Of a stretch of DNA of 53,871 nt, positions 40,538 to 49,768 are shown piece after piece. The notes beneath the pieces are model-generated. The model was not told where the DNA came from. It did no database searches and saw only the letters and a list, made by a program, of their open reading frames with translations. Position numbers and translations under genes: made by a program. The stretch comes from Parcubacteria group bacterium M6-OD1-4 (lineage in GTDB: Bacteria > Patescibacteriota > Patescibacteriia > Patescibacteriales > UBA12465): NCBI GenBank assembly GCA_003056205.1, contig LSNS01000011.1, forward strand, positions 1-53,871, in the 5' to 3' direction. The stretch's first letter is position 1; the number at the start of each line of letters is the position of its first letter.

Positions 40538-41392
40538 TTAAACTAAAGATTTTTTATTATTCTGATTCATTAAATAATTTTTTTTATTTATCAGCGATCG
40601 TTTGAGACGTTTCTCTAAATTTTTTCGGGCATCTCCAGCAATATCGCCACCGGCCTTAGAATCATCTTTTAATTTACTAAAACCCTGCGAATCTTCAACC
40701 CGATGAATTTCCGTGGTGGCGCGCTCACCTAACATATTAAAAATAAGCTCTAAATCGTCCATATGATCACGTAAATTTTCTCTTTTCAGACCCTTAACTT
40801 CTTTATACTGAGTCGGCGTTAAACCAAAAGTCGCTTTTGATATTTCGGCCGTTAGAATTTCATAATCCAAAACATCTTTAGCACCGCGATTTTTCCATTC
40901 ATCGGTCAGTTCTTCTCGAATAGCAATACCGCGCATTCTTTTCTCAATCCAGGAATCGCTATAACCCTTTAGTTTATAAAGTGCTCTAGTTCTCTTGGTC
41001 GCTAACCCTGGATCGCTAATTTCTTGAACACGCTCGTAACCGACTTTTGCTAACCAGCGCTTGAACGGTTCGGCTTTAGGCGAAGGAATAGACTGAATTA
41101 TGCGAAATATTCCTTCGGTATTAGCGCAGTCAGTTCCATATTTTTTACCATCAGAACTTTCCAATTTCAGTTGTCCCCAATTTGGGGACAACTGAAAATC
41201 ATTAAAATCTCTAATCTTAATTTTTTCCCAATACTACCTTGGAGTTGGACTTTCTGATAATACAGCACAAACATCAACCACTGAAAACCACCACTCATCA
41301 TTAAAAATAACGCGCCGAATTTTTTTCCCTTTAAATAACACCGGCTCGTTTATTTTATTTTTTTCAATATTCTTATTTAAATTTTTTTTCAT
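40538..41392 (-). pseudogene. Bro-N (phage antirepressor-like) protein interrupted by an in-frame TAG at codon 53
   Basis: MKKNL...KIRRV...WWFSVVDVC.VL.ES..PR*YW is in frame with RIIQSIPSPKAEPFKRWLA..G.ER and LRDHM; TAG at 41234-41236. Confidence 0.85.
41165..41197. repeat. 33-bp palindrome inside the Bro-N coding sequence
   Basis: TTTCAGTTGTCCCCAA-T-TTGGGGACAACTGAAA has perfect 16-bp arms. Confidence 0.95.
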
Positions 41393-41421
41393 AAATTTAG
41401 ACGATTAATTATTACTTTCAT

Positions 41422-41450
41422 ATTGTAACAATTTTTTAAACCAACATCAA
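41422..41450 (-). promoter_or_regulatory. Putative sigma70 promoter of the Bro-N gene
   Basis: Minus strand TTGATG-N17-TACAAT with extended TG, about 30 nt upstream of ATG 41392. Confidence 0.6.
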
Positions 41451-41649
41451 GCTTAATAATCACTAATATTAGATGAAATATTAATAAATTAATAATAAAG
41501 TTTTTATAAATTATTTCCCATCAAATTTAAGCTAAAAGTCTTAATTACAGCATTTTATAGTGCTTCCCCCTTATAATCTTCAAAAAATTATGATAGGCTA
41601 TATTCAATGGAGATATAAGCAAAAATTATAAAAATCATTAAACAAATAT

Positions 41650-42702
41650 ATGAAAAAAGCTTTAATTACCGGTATCACCGGTCAAGATGGTTCTTATTTA
41701 GCTGAACTATTACTAAATAAGGGTTATGAAGTCCATGGTATTATTCGTCGCGCCTCCACCTTTAACACTGAACGAATTGAACATCTCTATCGAGATCCTC
41801 ATTTAAAAAATGTAAAACTATTTTTACACTATGGCGATATCTCTGATAGTAGTAATATCAGTCGTCTAATAGAAACTATCCAGCCTGATGAAATATATCA
41901 TTTGGCTGCTCAAAGCCACGTCCGAGTCAGTTTTGAACTCCCTGAATACACTGCGAACACTACTGGACTAGGAACGGTCCGCATTCTTGATGCTATTAAA
42001 AACTCAGGTTTAAAAACTAAATTCTATCAAGCCTCTACCAGCGAGATGTTTGGGAAAGTAAAACCAGAAGATTTACCTTTAAATGAAAATACTCGCTTTC
42101 ATCCTCGTTCTCCCTATGGTTGTGCCAAAGTCTACGCCTACTGGATCGCTAGGAACTACCGAGAAAGCTATAATCTTTTTATCACTAATGGTATTCTCTT
42201 TAATCACGAATCTGAGCGTCGTGGAGAAACTTTTGTTACTAGAAAAATCACCCGCGGTCTAGCGAGAATTAAATTAGGAATAGATGAAAAACTTTTTTTA
42301 GGAAATTTAGATGCCCAACGTGATTGGGGCTATGCTCCTGACTTTGTAGAAGGAATGTATTTAATGCTCCAAGCCAATCAACCCGAGGATTATATTCTCG
42401 CTACGGGTGAAACTCATCGTGTTCGAGAATTTGTGGAACTAGCAGGAAAATCCCTAGGGATGAAAATCATTTGGCAAGGAGAAGGGCTAACTGAAAAAGG
42501 AATAGACCAAAACACTGGAAAAACTATCATTGAAATTGACCCTAAATATTTTCGTCCAGCCGAAGTTGAAGTTCTTTTGGGCGACTATTCTAAAGCTAAA
42601 AAAGAATTAAATTGGCAACCAAAAGTAAAATTTGAAGAATTGGTTAAAATTATGGCTGAAGCTGATTTTAAAAAAGAAAAAAATAAAATTAGAACAAAAT
42701 AA
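41650..42702 (+). CDS. gmd: GDP-mannose 4,6-dehydratase
   Basis: [40 protein letters not shown] and RDWG motifs. Confidence 0.98.
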   Translation: MKKALITGITGQDGSYLAELLLNKGYEVHGIIRRASTFNTERIEHLYRDPHLKNVKLFLHYGDISDSSNISRLIETIQPDEIYHLAAQSHVRVSFELPEYTANTTGLGTVRILDAIKNSGLKTKFYQASTSEMFGKVKPEDLPLNENTRFHPRSPYGCAKVYAYWIARNYRESYNLFITNGILFNHESERRGETFVTRKITRGLARIKLGIDEKLFLGNLDAQRDWGYAPDFVEGMYLMLQANQPEDYILATGETHRVREFVELAGKSLGMKIIWQGEGLTEKGIDQNTGKTIIEIDPKYFRPAEVEVLLGDYSKAKKELNWQPKVKFEELVKIMAEADFKKEKNKIRTK

Positions 42703-42722
42703 TCAATTTAAACATTTATAGT

Positions 42723-43655
42723 ATGAACTCTAACAGTAAAATTACCGTCTTCGGAGGAAGCGGTTTAGTAGGAAGTTCAATACTTCGAGAATTAAAAAAA
42801 CAAGGATATCAAAACCTTGATGCTCCCCGAAGTAAAGAGCTTAATCTTTTAGATAAGAATCAAGTAGAGGAATATTTTAAAACTAAACAGCCAGAATTTG
42901 TTTTTATGGTCGCTGGCTTAGTCGGCGGTATTTATGGCAATATGACTCATCCCGCTGATTTTCTCTACCAAAATTCAATGATGATTTTAAACATTATGGA
43001 AGCTATTAAAAACTTTAGTCCACAAACTAAAATCCTCTTCACCGCTTCCACCTGTATTTATCCCAAAGAAAACCCTCAACCCATTAAAGAAACTAGATTT
43101 ATGACCGGACCTCTAGAAGAAACTAACAAGGGTTATGCCGTCGCTAAAGGTTTGGGAATTGTCGCTACTCAATTATATCGCCAACAATATAATATCCAAA
43201 GCATTGCTGTAATGCCCACTAATATGTATGGCCCCAATGATACTTATGATCTAAAAAATGGTCATATGATTCCCTCTTTAATTAAAAAATTTGTCGAGGC
43301 TAAAAAGAATAATACCTCTCTAACTTTTTGGGGTACTGGAAAACCTCGCCGAGAGGCCTTGTATGTTGATGATTGCGCCGATGCTTGTATCTATTTAATG
43401 AATAACTACGAAGAAAAAGAACTAATTAATATTGGTACGGGTTTTGACTATTCTATTAAAGAATTCATTGCTATTCTAGAAGAGGTAATAGATTATAAAG
43501 CACAAATCAATTGGGATACCAGTAAACCAGATGGAACCCTGGAGAAACGAACTGATATTACTAGATTAAAGAAAATAATGCCCAACTTCGCACCTCGTTT
43601 CTTCCAGGCTGGTCTAAAAGAAACTTTGAAGGCAGATTTTGGATGGAAAAATTAG
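42723..43655 (+). CDS. fcl: GDP-L-fucose synthase
   Basis: GGSGLVGS, VGGI, STCIYP, LEETN.GYAVAK, PTNMYGPND and WGTGKPRRE motifs; follows gmd. Confidence 0.94.
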   Translation: MNSNSKITVFGGSGLVGSSILRELKKQGYQNLDAPRSKELNLLDKNQVEEYFKTKQPEFVFMVAGLVGGIYGNMTHPADFLYQNSMMILNIMEAIKNFSPQTKILFTASTCIYPKENPQPIKETRFMTGPLEETNKGYAVAKGLGIVATQLYRQQYNIQSIAVMPTNMYGPNDTYDLKNGHMIPSLIKKFVEAKKNNTSLTFWGTGKPRREALYVDDCADACIYLMNNYEEKELINIGTGFDYSIKEFIAILEEVIDYKAQINWDTSKPDGTLEKRTDITRLKKIMPNFAPRFFQAGLKETLKADFGWKN

Positions 43656-43707
43656 AAAAAAATATCTAGAAGTAAATGGAAAAATAATAAAAATAAACAA
43701 TTTAATT

Positions 43708-44439
43708 ATGACGAGATTAACAAAACAAGAATATTGGGACAATTCATATAAAAATATAAAATTTAAACCAGATAATAGAAAATCTTCAATAATAAAAATA
43801 ATTAACAAAAATTTTAAAAGTGGAACAGGAAAAACAGTTTTAGAAATAGGATGCTTCCCAGGTAGAACACTATTTTATTTCGGATTAAACGGATATGAAA
43901 TAAACGGAATAGACTATTCTATATATTTAGACAGATTGAAAGAGTGGTTTGAAAATAAAAAATTTAAAATAGGTAAATTTGAAAAAGCAGATATAGATAG
44001 AATAAAGATTGACAAAAAATATGACATTGTATTTTCAAGAGGGTTTATAGAACATTTTTCAGATTATAAAGAAAAAATTAAAAAACATATAGAGGCCACT
44101 CAAAAAAATGGATATATACTAATAACAACTCCTAATTTTTCAGGTAAAATACAAAAATTCTTGCATAAAATATGTGACAAAGAGACTTTAGATAAACATT
44201 ATTTACCGGCAACTGATTACAAAAATTGGATAAAAACTTTTGAGGAAAATAATTGTTCTATAGAAAAATCTGGATATTTTGGTGGCTTTGATTTCTGGAT
44301 AGATAAACCTAATATGTCTAAATTAGGAAGAGTAATATTAATGATATTATATAAATTATTTAAGACTCCATTATTTAGGTGTCTCCCCAACAATAAAATG
44401 TGGTCTCCAACAACAGTAATGATTGCTAAAAAACACTAA
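43708..44439 (+). CDS. Class I SAM-dependent methyltransferase (glycan locus)
   Basis: VLEIGCFPG, GIDYS, YDIVFS.GFIEHF and LITTPN motifs; ATG at 43708. Confidence 0.88.
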   Translation: MTRLTKQEYWDNSYKNIKFKPDNRKSSIIKIINKNFKSGTGKTVLEIGCFPGRTLFYFGLNGYEINGIDYSIYLDRLKEWFENKKFKIGKFEKADIDRIKIDKKYDIVFSRGFIEHFSDYKEKIKKHIEATQKNGYILITTPNFSGKIQKFLHKICDKETLDKHYLPATDYKNWIKTFEENNCSIEKSGYFGGFDFWIDKPNMSKLGRVILMILYKLFKTPLFRCLPNNKMWSPTTVMIAKKH

Positions 44440-44543
44440 AGATTTTCCACTTAAAATATAATAAACTATATAAAAATTAATTAGGTGTTTTACAATACAT
44501 AAAATTAGATAAAAATCAAAATAAAAAAATATTATAAATAACT

Positions 44544-45356
44544 ATGAAAATGGCAATACTCTATATATGTACGGGCAAATATAAAATTTTTTGGAAAAAA
44601 TTTTATTTAAGCTGTGAAAAATATTTTATTTCTAATATTAAAAAGGAATATTTTATTTTCACAGATTCTGATTCCTTAAAATTCTCTGATAATAAAAATG
44701 TGCATATAATTTCACAAAAAGACTTAGGTTGGCCATATAATACCTTAATGCGCTATCAAATATTTATTAATTCGCAAAAAGAATGGAGCAATTGTGATTT
44801 TACTTTCTTTTTTAATGCAAATTTGATTTTTAATAAAAAAATAAATAGTGAAGATTTTCTGCCATCTAACAAACAAGAACTAACCGCTTGTTTACATCCT
44901 GGTTTCTTTAATAAAAAACGAAAAGAATTTACTTATGAAAAAAATCCAAGATCAACGGCGTTTATCCCTGAATATAAAGGTCAATATTATTTCGCTGGTG
45001 GAATTAACGGTGGAATAACTAAAAACTTTATAAAAGTAATAACTGTAATTGGAAATAATATTAATAAAGATGAAAAAAATAATATTATTGCGGTTTGGCA
45101 CGATGAATCCCATTGGAATAAATATATAAATGAACATATTAATGAGATTAAAATAATATCTCCATCATATTTATACCCCGAAAAATGGAATATCCCGTTT
45201 GAAAAGAAAATAATTATAAGGAATAAAAATAAGTACGGAGGACATAACTTATTGCGTGGAGTTGATGATGTTAAAAAATCATTAAAAAAGAAAATAATCA
45301 ATCAAACAAAACAACTCATAAAATCCATCTTTTTAAAAGGAAAAAAAATTATTTAA
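44544..45356 (+). CDS. Glycosyltransferase family 6 (ABO-like alpha-1,3-GalNAc/Gal transferase)
   Basis: ICTGKY, WP.NTLMRY, FFNAN (NXN in place of DXD), YFAGGINGG and AVWHDESHWNKY motifs. Confidence 0.9.
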   Translation: MKMAILYICTGKYKIFWKKFYLSCEKYFISNIKKEYFIFTDSDSLKFSDNKNVHIISQKDLGWPYNTLMRYQIFINSQKEWSNCDFTFFFNANLIFNKKINSEDFLPSNKQELTACLHPGFFNKKRKEFTYEKNPRSTAFIPEYKGQYYFAGGINGGITKNFIKVITVIGNNINKDEKNNIIAVWHDESHWNKYINEHINEIKIISPSYLYPEKWNIPFEKKIIIRNKNKYGGHNLLRGVDDVKKSLKKKIINQTKQLIKSIFLKGKKII

Positions 45357-45475
45357 AAAATTTTTAATTAACAATTTTTGTAAATTTATTAAAAACGCTA
45401 ATCCAAATATAATAAGAACTTTAAAGTATTAGTGTAAATGTTTTTTATTTTTTAAATAAAAATAAAATATTAAAT

Positions 45476-46288
45476 ATGCATATTATTTCTATTAAAAACC
45501 TCAAAATATTACTAAAACAAACGTTCTATTTTTTAAATAAAAATAAGTTAAAAACAATAAATAATAAAAAAGATTTTATTGATATAATAACCATAGCTTT
45601 TAATAATGTATCTATACTAAAAATTCAATATTTTTTTATAAAAAAGAATTTAAAAGATTGTTATGAATATTCAATTATTGATAATTCAACAAAAAAAAAT
45701 GTATCAAAATTAATAAAAGAATTTTGCAAAAATGAGAATATTGAATATGTTAAAATACCACAGATTAATATTACATTAAACCCTAGCGATTCTCATGGTT
45801 TAGCTATCAATTGGGCTATTAAAAATTTTATTAAACCCAGGAAGGCAAAATATTTTGGTATAATTGATCATGATATATTTCCTATCAAACCAACAAAAAT
45901 AATAAACATACTAAAAAAACAAGAAATATATGGACACTTACAAATTAGAAAAGCTGGATGGTATCTATGGGCTGGGTTTTGTTTTTTTAATGAAAAGTTT
46001 ATTAATAACAAAAAAATGAACTTTTTACCAAAAAATGGGATGGATAGTGGTGGAGGTAATTATAATGATTTATATAAACATTTAAAACTAGAGAAATTGT
46101 ATTTTCCTTATTATAAAATAAAAAAAATTGGAAATAATAACATAAAACAAAACGATTACATTGAATATATTGGTAATTGGATGCACATAATTAATGCATC
46201 TGGTTGGTTTAATAATGGAAATGAAAAAGACAAAATTAATAAGAAAAAAAAAATAATTATTAAAAATTATAAATATAATGAAACTTAA
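45476..46288 (+). CDS. Putative GT-A-fold glycosyltransferase-like protein
   Basis: IIDNS, SHGLAINW and IIDHDIFP (DXD) motifs; lies between GT6 and GT11. Confidence 0.55.
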   Translation: MHIISIKNLKILLKQTFYFLNKNKLKTINNKKDFIDIITIAFNNVSILKIQYFFIKKNLKDCYEYSIIDNSTKKNVSKLIKEFCKNENIEYVKIPQINITLNPSDSHGLAINWAIKNFIKPRKAKYFGIIDHDIFPIKPTKIINILKKQEIYGHLQIRKAGWYLWAGFCFFNEKFINNKKMNFLPKNGMDSGGGNYNDLYKHLKLEKLYFPYYKIKKIGNNNIKQNDYIEYIGNWMHIINASGWFNNGNEKDKINKKKKIIIKNYKYNET

Positions 46289-46294
46289 ATATAA

Positions 46295-47185
46295 ATGATA
46301 GTTATTAAATTAAAAGGTGGCCTGGGCAATCAAATGTTTCAATATTCTTTTGGTCGCAAACTAGCCAATCTTAATAAAACTGATTTGTTTTTGGAATTAT
46401 CTTCTTATCGTAAAAAATATTTTAAAAAAATAATTAAAAATATTTTAATTATTTCTTTAGAGTGTCTCAAATCTGGCAGAATAAAAAAATCCTTACAAAA
46501 AATCAGACAAGACAAAAGACAATATAATCTCAAATTTTTTGTTCTTGATAATAAAATTAAAAGAATATATACCACCAACTTGCCAGAAATTGCTGAAACA
46601 AAAGAATTTTATTTTGATAAGAATCTATTACATCGGGGAAATAATTTTTCGTATGATGGTTATTTTAATAATGAAAAATATTTTACTGATATTACTAATA
46701 TTATACATGAAGATCTAAAATTAAAAAAAAGGTACCAAGAGAAAATTCCTAAAGAATTAGTTACCAAAATTTTACAATCAGCATCCATATCCTTGCATGT
46801 ACGCCGTGGTGACTATATACACAACAAAAAAATTAATAAATTTCATGGAACATGTTCTATAACATACTATAAAAAATCTATAGAAATAATTAAACAAAAA
46901 ATAAATAATCCTCATTTCTTTGTATTTTCCGATGATATAGAATGGTGTAAAGAAAATTTAGAATTAAGTATAGAAACTACATTTATGTCTAACTTAAAAA
47001 ATTATCAAGATTTATATCTAATGAGTCTTTGTAAACATAATATAATAGCTAACAGCACATTCTCCTGGTGGGGCGCTTGGCTAAATAGTAGTCCTAATAA
47101 AATTGTAATTGCCCCAAAAAAATGGTTTAATAATAAAAAAATAGATATTAGAGACTTAATACCAAAAAAATGGATAAAAATTTAA
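46295..47185 (+). CDS. Alpha-1,2-fucosyltransferase (GT11)
   Basis: GGLGNQMFQY, HVRRGDY, FVFSDD and ANSTFSWWGAWL motifs. Confidence 0.95.
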   Translation: MIVIKLKGGLGNQMFQYSFGRKLANLNKTDLFLELSSYRKKYFKKIIKNILIISLECLKSGRIKKSLQKIRQDKRQYNLKFFVLDNKIKRIYTTNLPEIAETKEFYFDKNLLHRGNNFSYDGYFNNEKYFTDITNIIHEDLKLKKRYQEKIPKELVTKILQSASISLHVRRGDYIHNKKINKFHGTCSITYYKKSIEIIKQKINNPHFFVFSDDIEWCKENLELSIETTFMSNLKNYQDLYLMSLCKHNIIANSTFSWWGAWLNSSPNKIVIAPKKWFNNKKIDIRDLIPKKWIKI

Positions 47186-47988
47186 ATATCCCGCTGGTAA
47201 GTATACTTCTGCCAGTATACAATATGGAAAACTACATTAGAAACTCAATTAAAAGCATATTTAAACAGAGTTATCAACTCTTTGAATTAATAATAATTAA
47301 CGATGGGTCAAAAGATAATACGATCAATGAAATTAAAAAGTTTAATGATTCTCGTATAAAAATTATTGATAACGCAAATAACCTTGGAATACAAAAAACC
47401 TTAAATAAAGGAATTATTGCTTCTTCTGGAAAATATATAGCCAGACTGGATGCTGACGATGAATGGATTAATAAAGATAAATTAAAAAATCAAATTGAAT
47501 TTTTAGAAAATAACACTGAATATGTTTTAATTGGTACTGGAGCTGTATATATTAATGAACAGGGTAAATATCTTTATAAATATTTAAAACCTAAAACGAA
47601 TAAAAAGATTAAAAAAACGCTATTGGGTTATAATTGTTTTATCCATTCTAGCGTAGTATTTAGAAGAAACTCAGTTTTATCTGTTGGGCTATACTCCGAA
47701 GAAAAAACCGATAAACACATAGAAGATTATAATTTATGGCTCAAACTGGGAACTATTGGCAAACTCTACAACCTATCGTCATATGACATTAATTTAATGA
47801 AAAGAAACGATTCTGTTGGACACAAAAATTTAATAGAACAACTAACAAAAACTATACAAATAGCCAAGAAATTTAAAAAATATTATCCTCATAATAAATT
47901 TATTAACTTAATGAGAAATAATATTAGATTAATACTATATAAATATTTTAAAATATTTATATCACTAATACAGCTATTTAAATCCTAA
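47170..47988 (+). CDS. Glycosyltransferase family 2
   Basis: SILLPVYN, INDGSKD, ARLDADD and EDY motifs. Confidence 0.93.
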   Translation: MDKNLNIPLVSILLPVYNMENYIRNSIKSIFKQSYQLFELIIINDGSKDNTINEIKKFNDSRIKIIDNANNLGIQKTLNKGIIASSGKYIARLDADDEWINKDKLKNQIEFLENNTEYVLIGTGAVYINEQGKYLYKYLKPKTNKKIKKTLLGYNCFIHSSVVFRRNSVLSVGLYSEEKTDKHIEDYNLWLKLGTIGKLYNLSSYDINLMKRNDSVGHKNLIEQLTKTIQIAKKFKKYYPHNKFINLMRNNIRLILYKYFKIFISLIQLFKS

Positions 47989-47990
47989 AT

Positions 47991-48878
47991 ATGATCTCTG
48001 TTATTATTCCAACTTATAACAACGTTTACGCACTTATTCATTATTCTCTTCCTAGTTTATTAAAACAAACCTATTCTAATTGGGAGGCTCTGATTATTGA
48101 TGATGGTTCTACTGACGGCACTTCAGAGGTAATAAAAAATTTGTTAAAACAAGATAAACGCTTAAAACTAATTAAACGAAATATTAATTATGGATTAGCT
48201 GCTAGCTTAAACTTAGGGGTAAATAAAGCGAAAGGAAATATTATTGCTATTTTAGAGCATGATGATATCTGGCTACCCAAAAAACTTAGTTCACAAATTA
48301 AAGTATTTTCAACGGGGGTAAAAGTTTCTTTTACTCGTGCAATTGTTTATGATATAAATCTTAAAAAATTTACAAAAATAAACGATGGTAATCTTTCCTG
48401 TTTTATGTTCACAAAGGATATTTCTAAACTTATCTTTCCTATACCAGAAGAAAATAAAAAATATCTAGGAATAGAAGATGGAATAATTACAGCAAGATTA
48501 AAAATTATCAAAGCTGAAAAAAGGATTAAAGACAACGAAAACATTCATATAAATACAATATTAACTATAATGAATTCTAATAACACCACACTTTCTGGAA
48601 TTAAAAATAGTTCAATTATGATGAATAGATATAAAAACGTTTTAAACTTATTTTACTCTTTAAATGGTAAATACTCGGAAATAGATAAATTGCTAAATTT
48701 TTGGAAAAACCATTATTATTTTAATTTAATAATTTCTTATCTACCAATATTTATAAAAAAAATAATTTATCGTCTTATAGAGAGGACCAAAAATAAAAAA
48801 AATAAAAAACTAATAGAAGACTTTAAAAGAAACAAAGAATATTTAATAATTAAAGAATACCGAAAACTTTTTGGTTAA
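47991..48878 (+). CDS. Glycosyltransferase family 2
   Basis: SVIIPTYN, IDDGSTD and LEHDD motifs. Confidence 0.9.
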   Translation: MISVIIPTYNNVYALIHYSLPSLLKQTYSNWEALIIDDGSTDGTSEVIKNLLKQDKRLKLIKRNINYGLAASLNLGVNKAKGNIIAILEHDDIWLPKKLSSQIKVFSTGVKVSFTRAIVYDINLKKFTKINDGNLSCFMFTKDISKLIFPIPEENKKYLGIEDGIITARLKIIKAEKRIKDNENIHINTILTIMNSNNTTLSGIKNSSIMMNRYKNVLNLFYSLNGKYSEIDKLLNFWKNHYYFNLIISYLPIFIKKIIYRLIERTKNKKNKKLIEDFKRNKEYLIIKEYRKLFG

Positions 48879-49768
48879 AACATTAACCCTTTTATCATCC
48901 CAAGCCCTTTCCGAAAATTTCTGGCTAAAAATTGTCTTAAAACCCAACCCAAATTAGCCCAATAAAACCAAGCTAATAAATAAAAGCTTGGTTTCTTATT
49001 TATAGATTTAAATATTATTTTTCGGTTACGGCTTTCTTTATAGCCTATTGAAAATTGCCCTTCCCGACTGATTTCGCTAGGATAATGACATAGTTGAGCC
49101 CTAGGCTCAATAATAAAATGATATCCATACTTTTTGGCACGCAAACAGAAATCAACATCCTCTAAAGCCGTCCGACCTCCAGAAAAATTTGAAAATTTTA
49201 ATTTTTTAGTTATATCTAATTTATATGAACAAACTCCGCCGTGAGCATAATATCCGATAGAAGCATGTTTGATTTCTTCATTCCAGACTTGAAACCCTAC
49301 GCTATTAACATCCCAATAATATTTTGAATTTATACCAAAAAAAATATTAAAATACTTTTCAAAAGATTTTTTTATACGATGATTTTTAATTATACCGCCA
49401 ACACCAATTAAACTGCTGTCATTTATTGAACTATGCCAGACTTTTATTATTGCTTCACAAAAGTTAGTCTCTAAAATAATATCATCATCTAAAATAAAAA
49501 ATATATTATTTTGTATTAATTCTAAAGATCTATTTTTAGATTCTGATAACCCTCTTCTCTCTTTTTTATGATTCTTTTTATAATAAAAAAAATTAATTTT
49601 ATGTTGATTAAAATTAATTTTATATATATCAATAAAATCTGATGATAAATTACCATCATCAATAATAATAATTTCATCAGGTAAAACTGTTTGATTAAGA
49701 ATAGAATTAAGGCATTTCTTAAGATCTTTTTGGCGATTATATGTTGGTATTACTATACTAAACTTCAT
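48875..49768 (-). CDS. Glycosyltransferase family 2
   Basis: SIVIPTYNR, IDDG, LDDD and EDVDFCLR motifs. Confidence 0.92.
   Translation of the reverse strand: MKFSIVIPTYNRQKDLKKCLNSILNQTVLPDEIIIIDDGNLSSDFIDIYKINFNQHKINFFYYKKNHKKERRGLSESKNRSLELIQNNIFFILDDDIILETNFCEAIIKVWHSSINDSSLIGVGGIIKNHRIKKSFEKYFNIFFGINSKYYWDVNSVGFQVWNEEIKHASIGYYAHGGVCSYKLDITKKLKFSNFSGGRTALEDVDFCLRAKKYGYHFIIEPRAQLCHYPSEISREGQFSIGYKESRNRKIIFKSINKKPSFYLLAWFYWANLGWVLRQFLARNFRKGLGMIKGLMF

Noticed and set aside
40538-41392. Prophage implied by an antirepressor-like gene
   Set aside because: No integrase, structural, replication or lysis genes are nearby.
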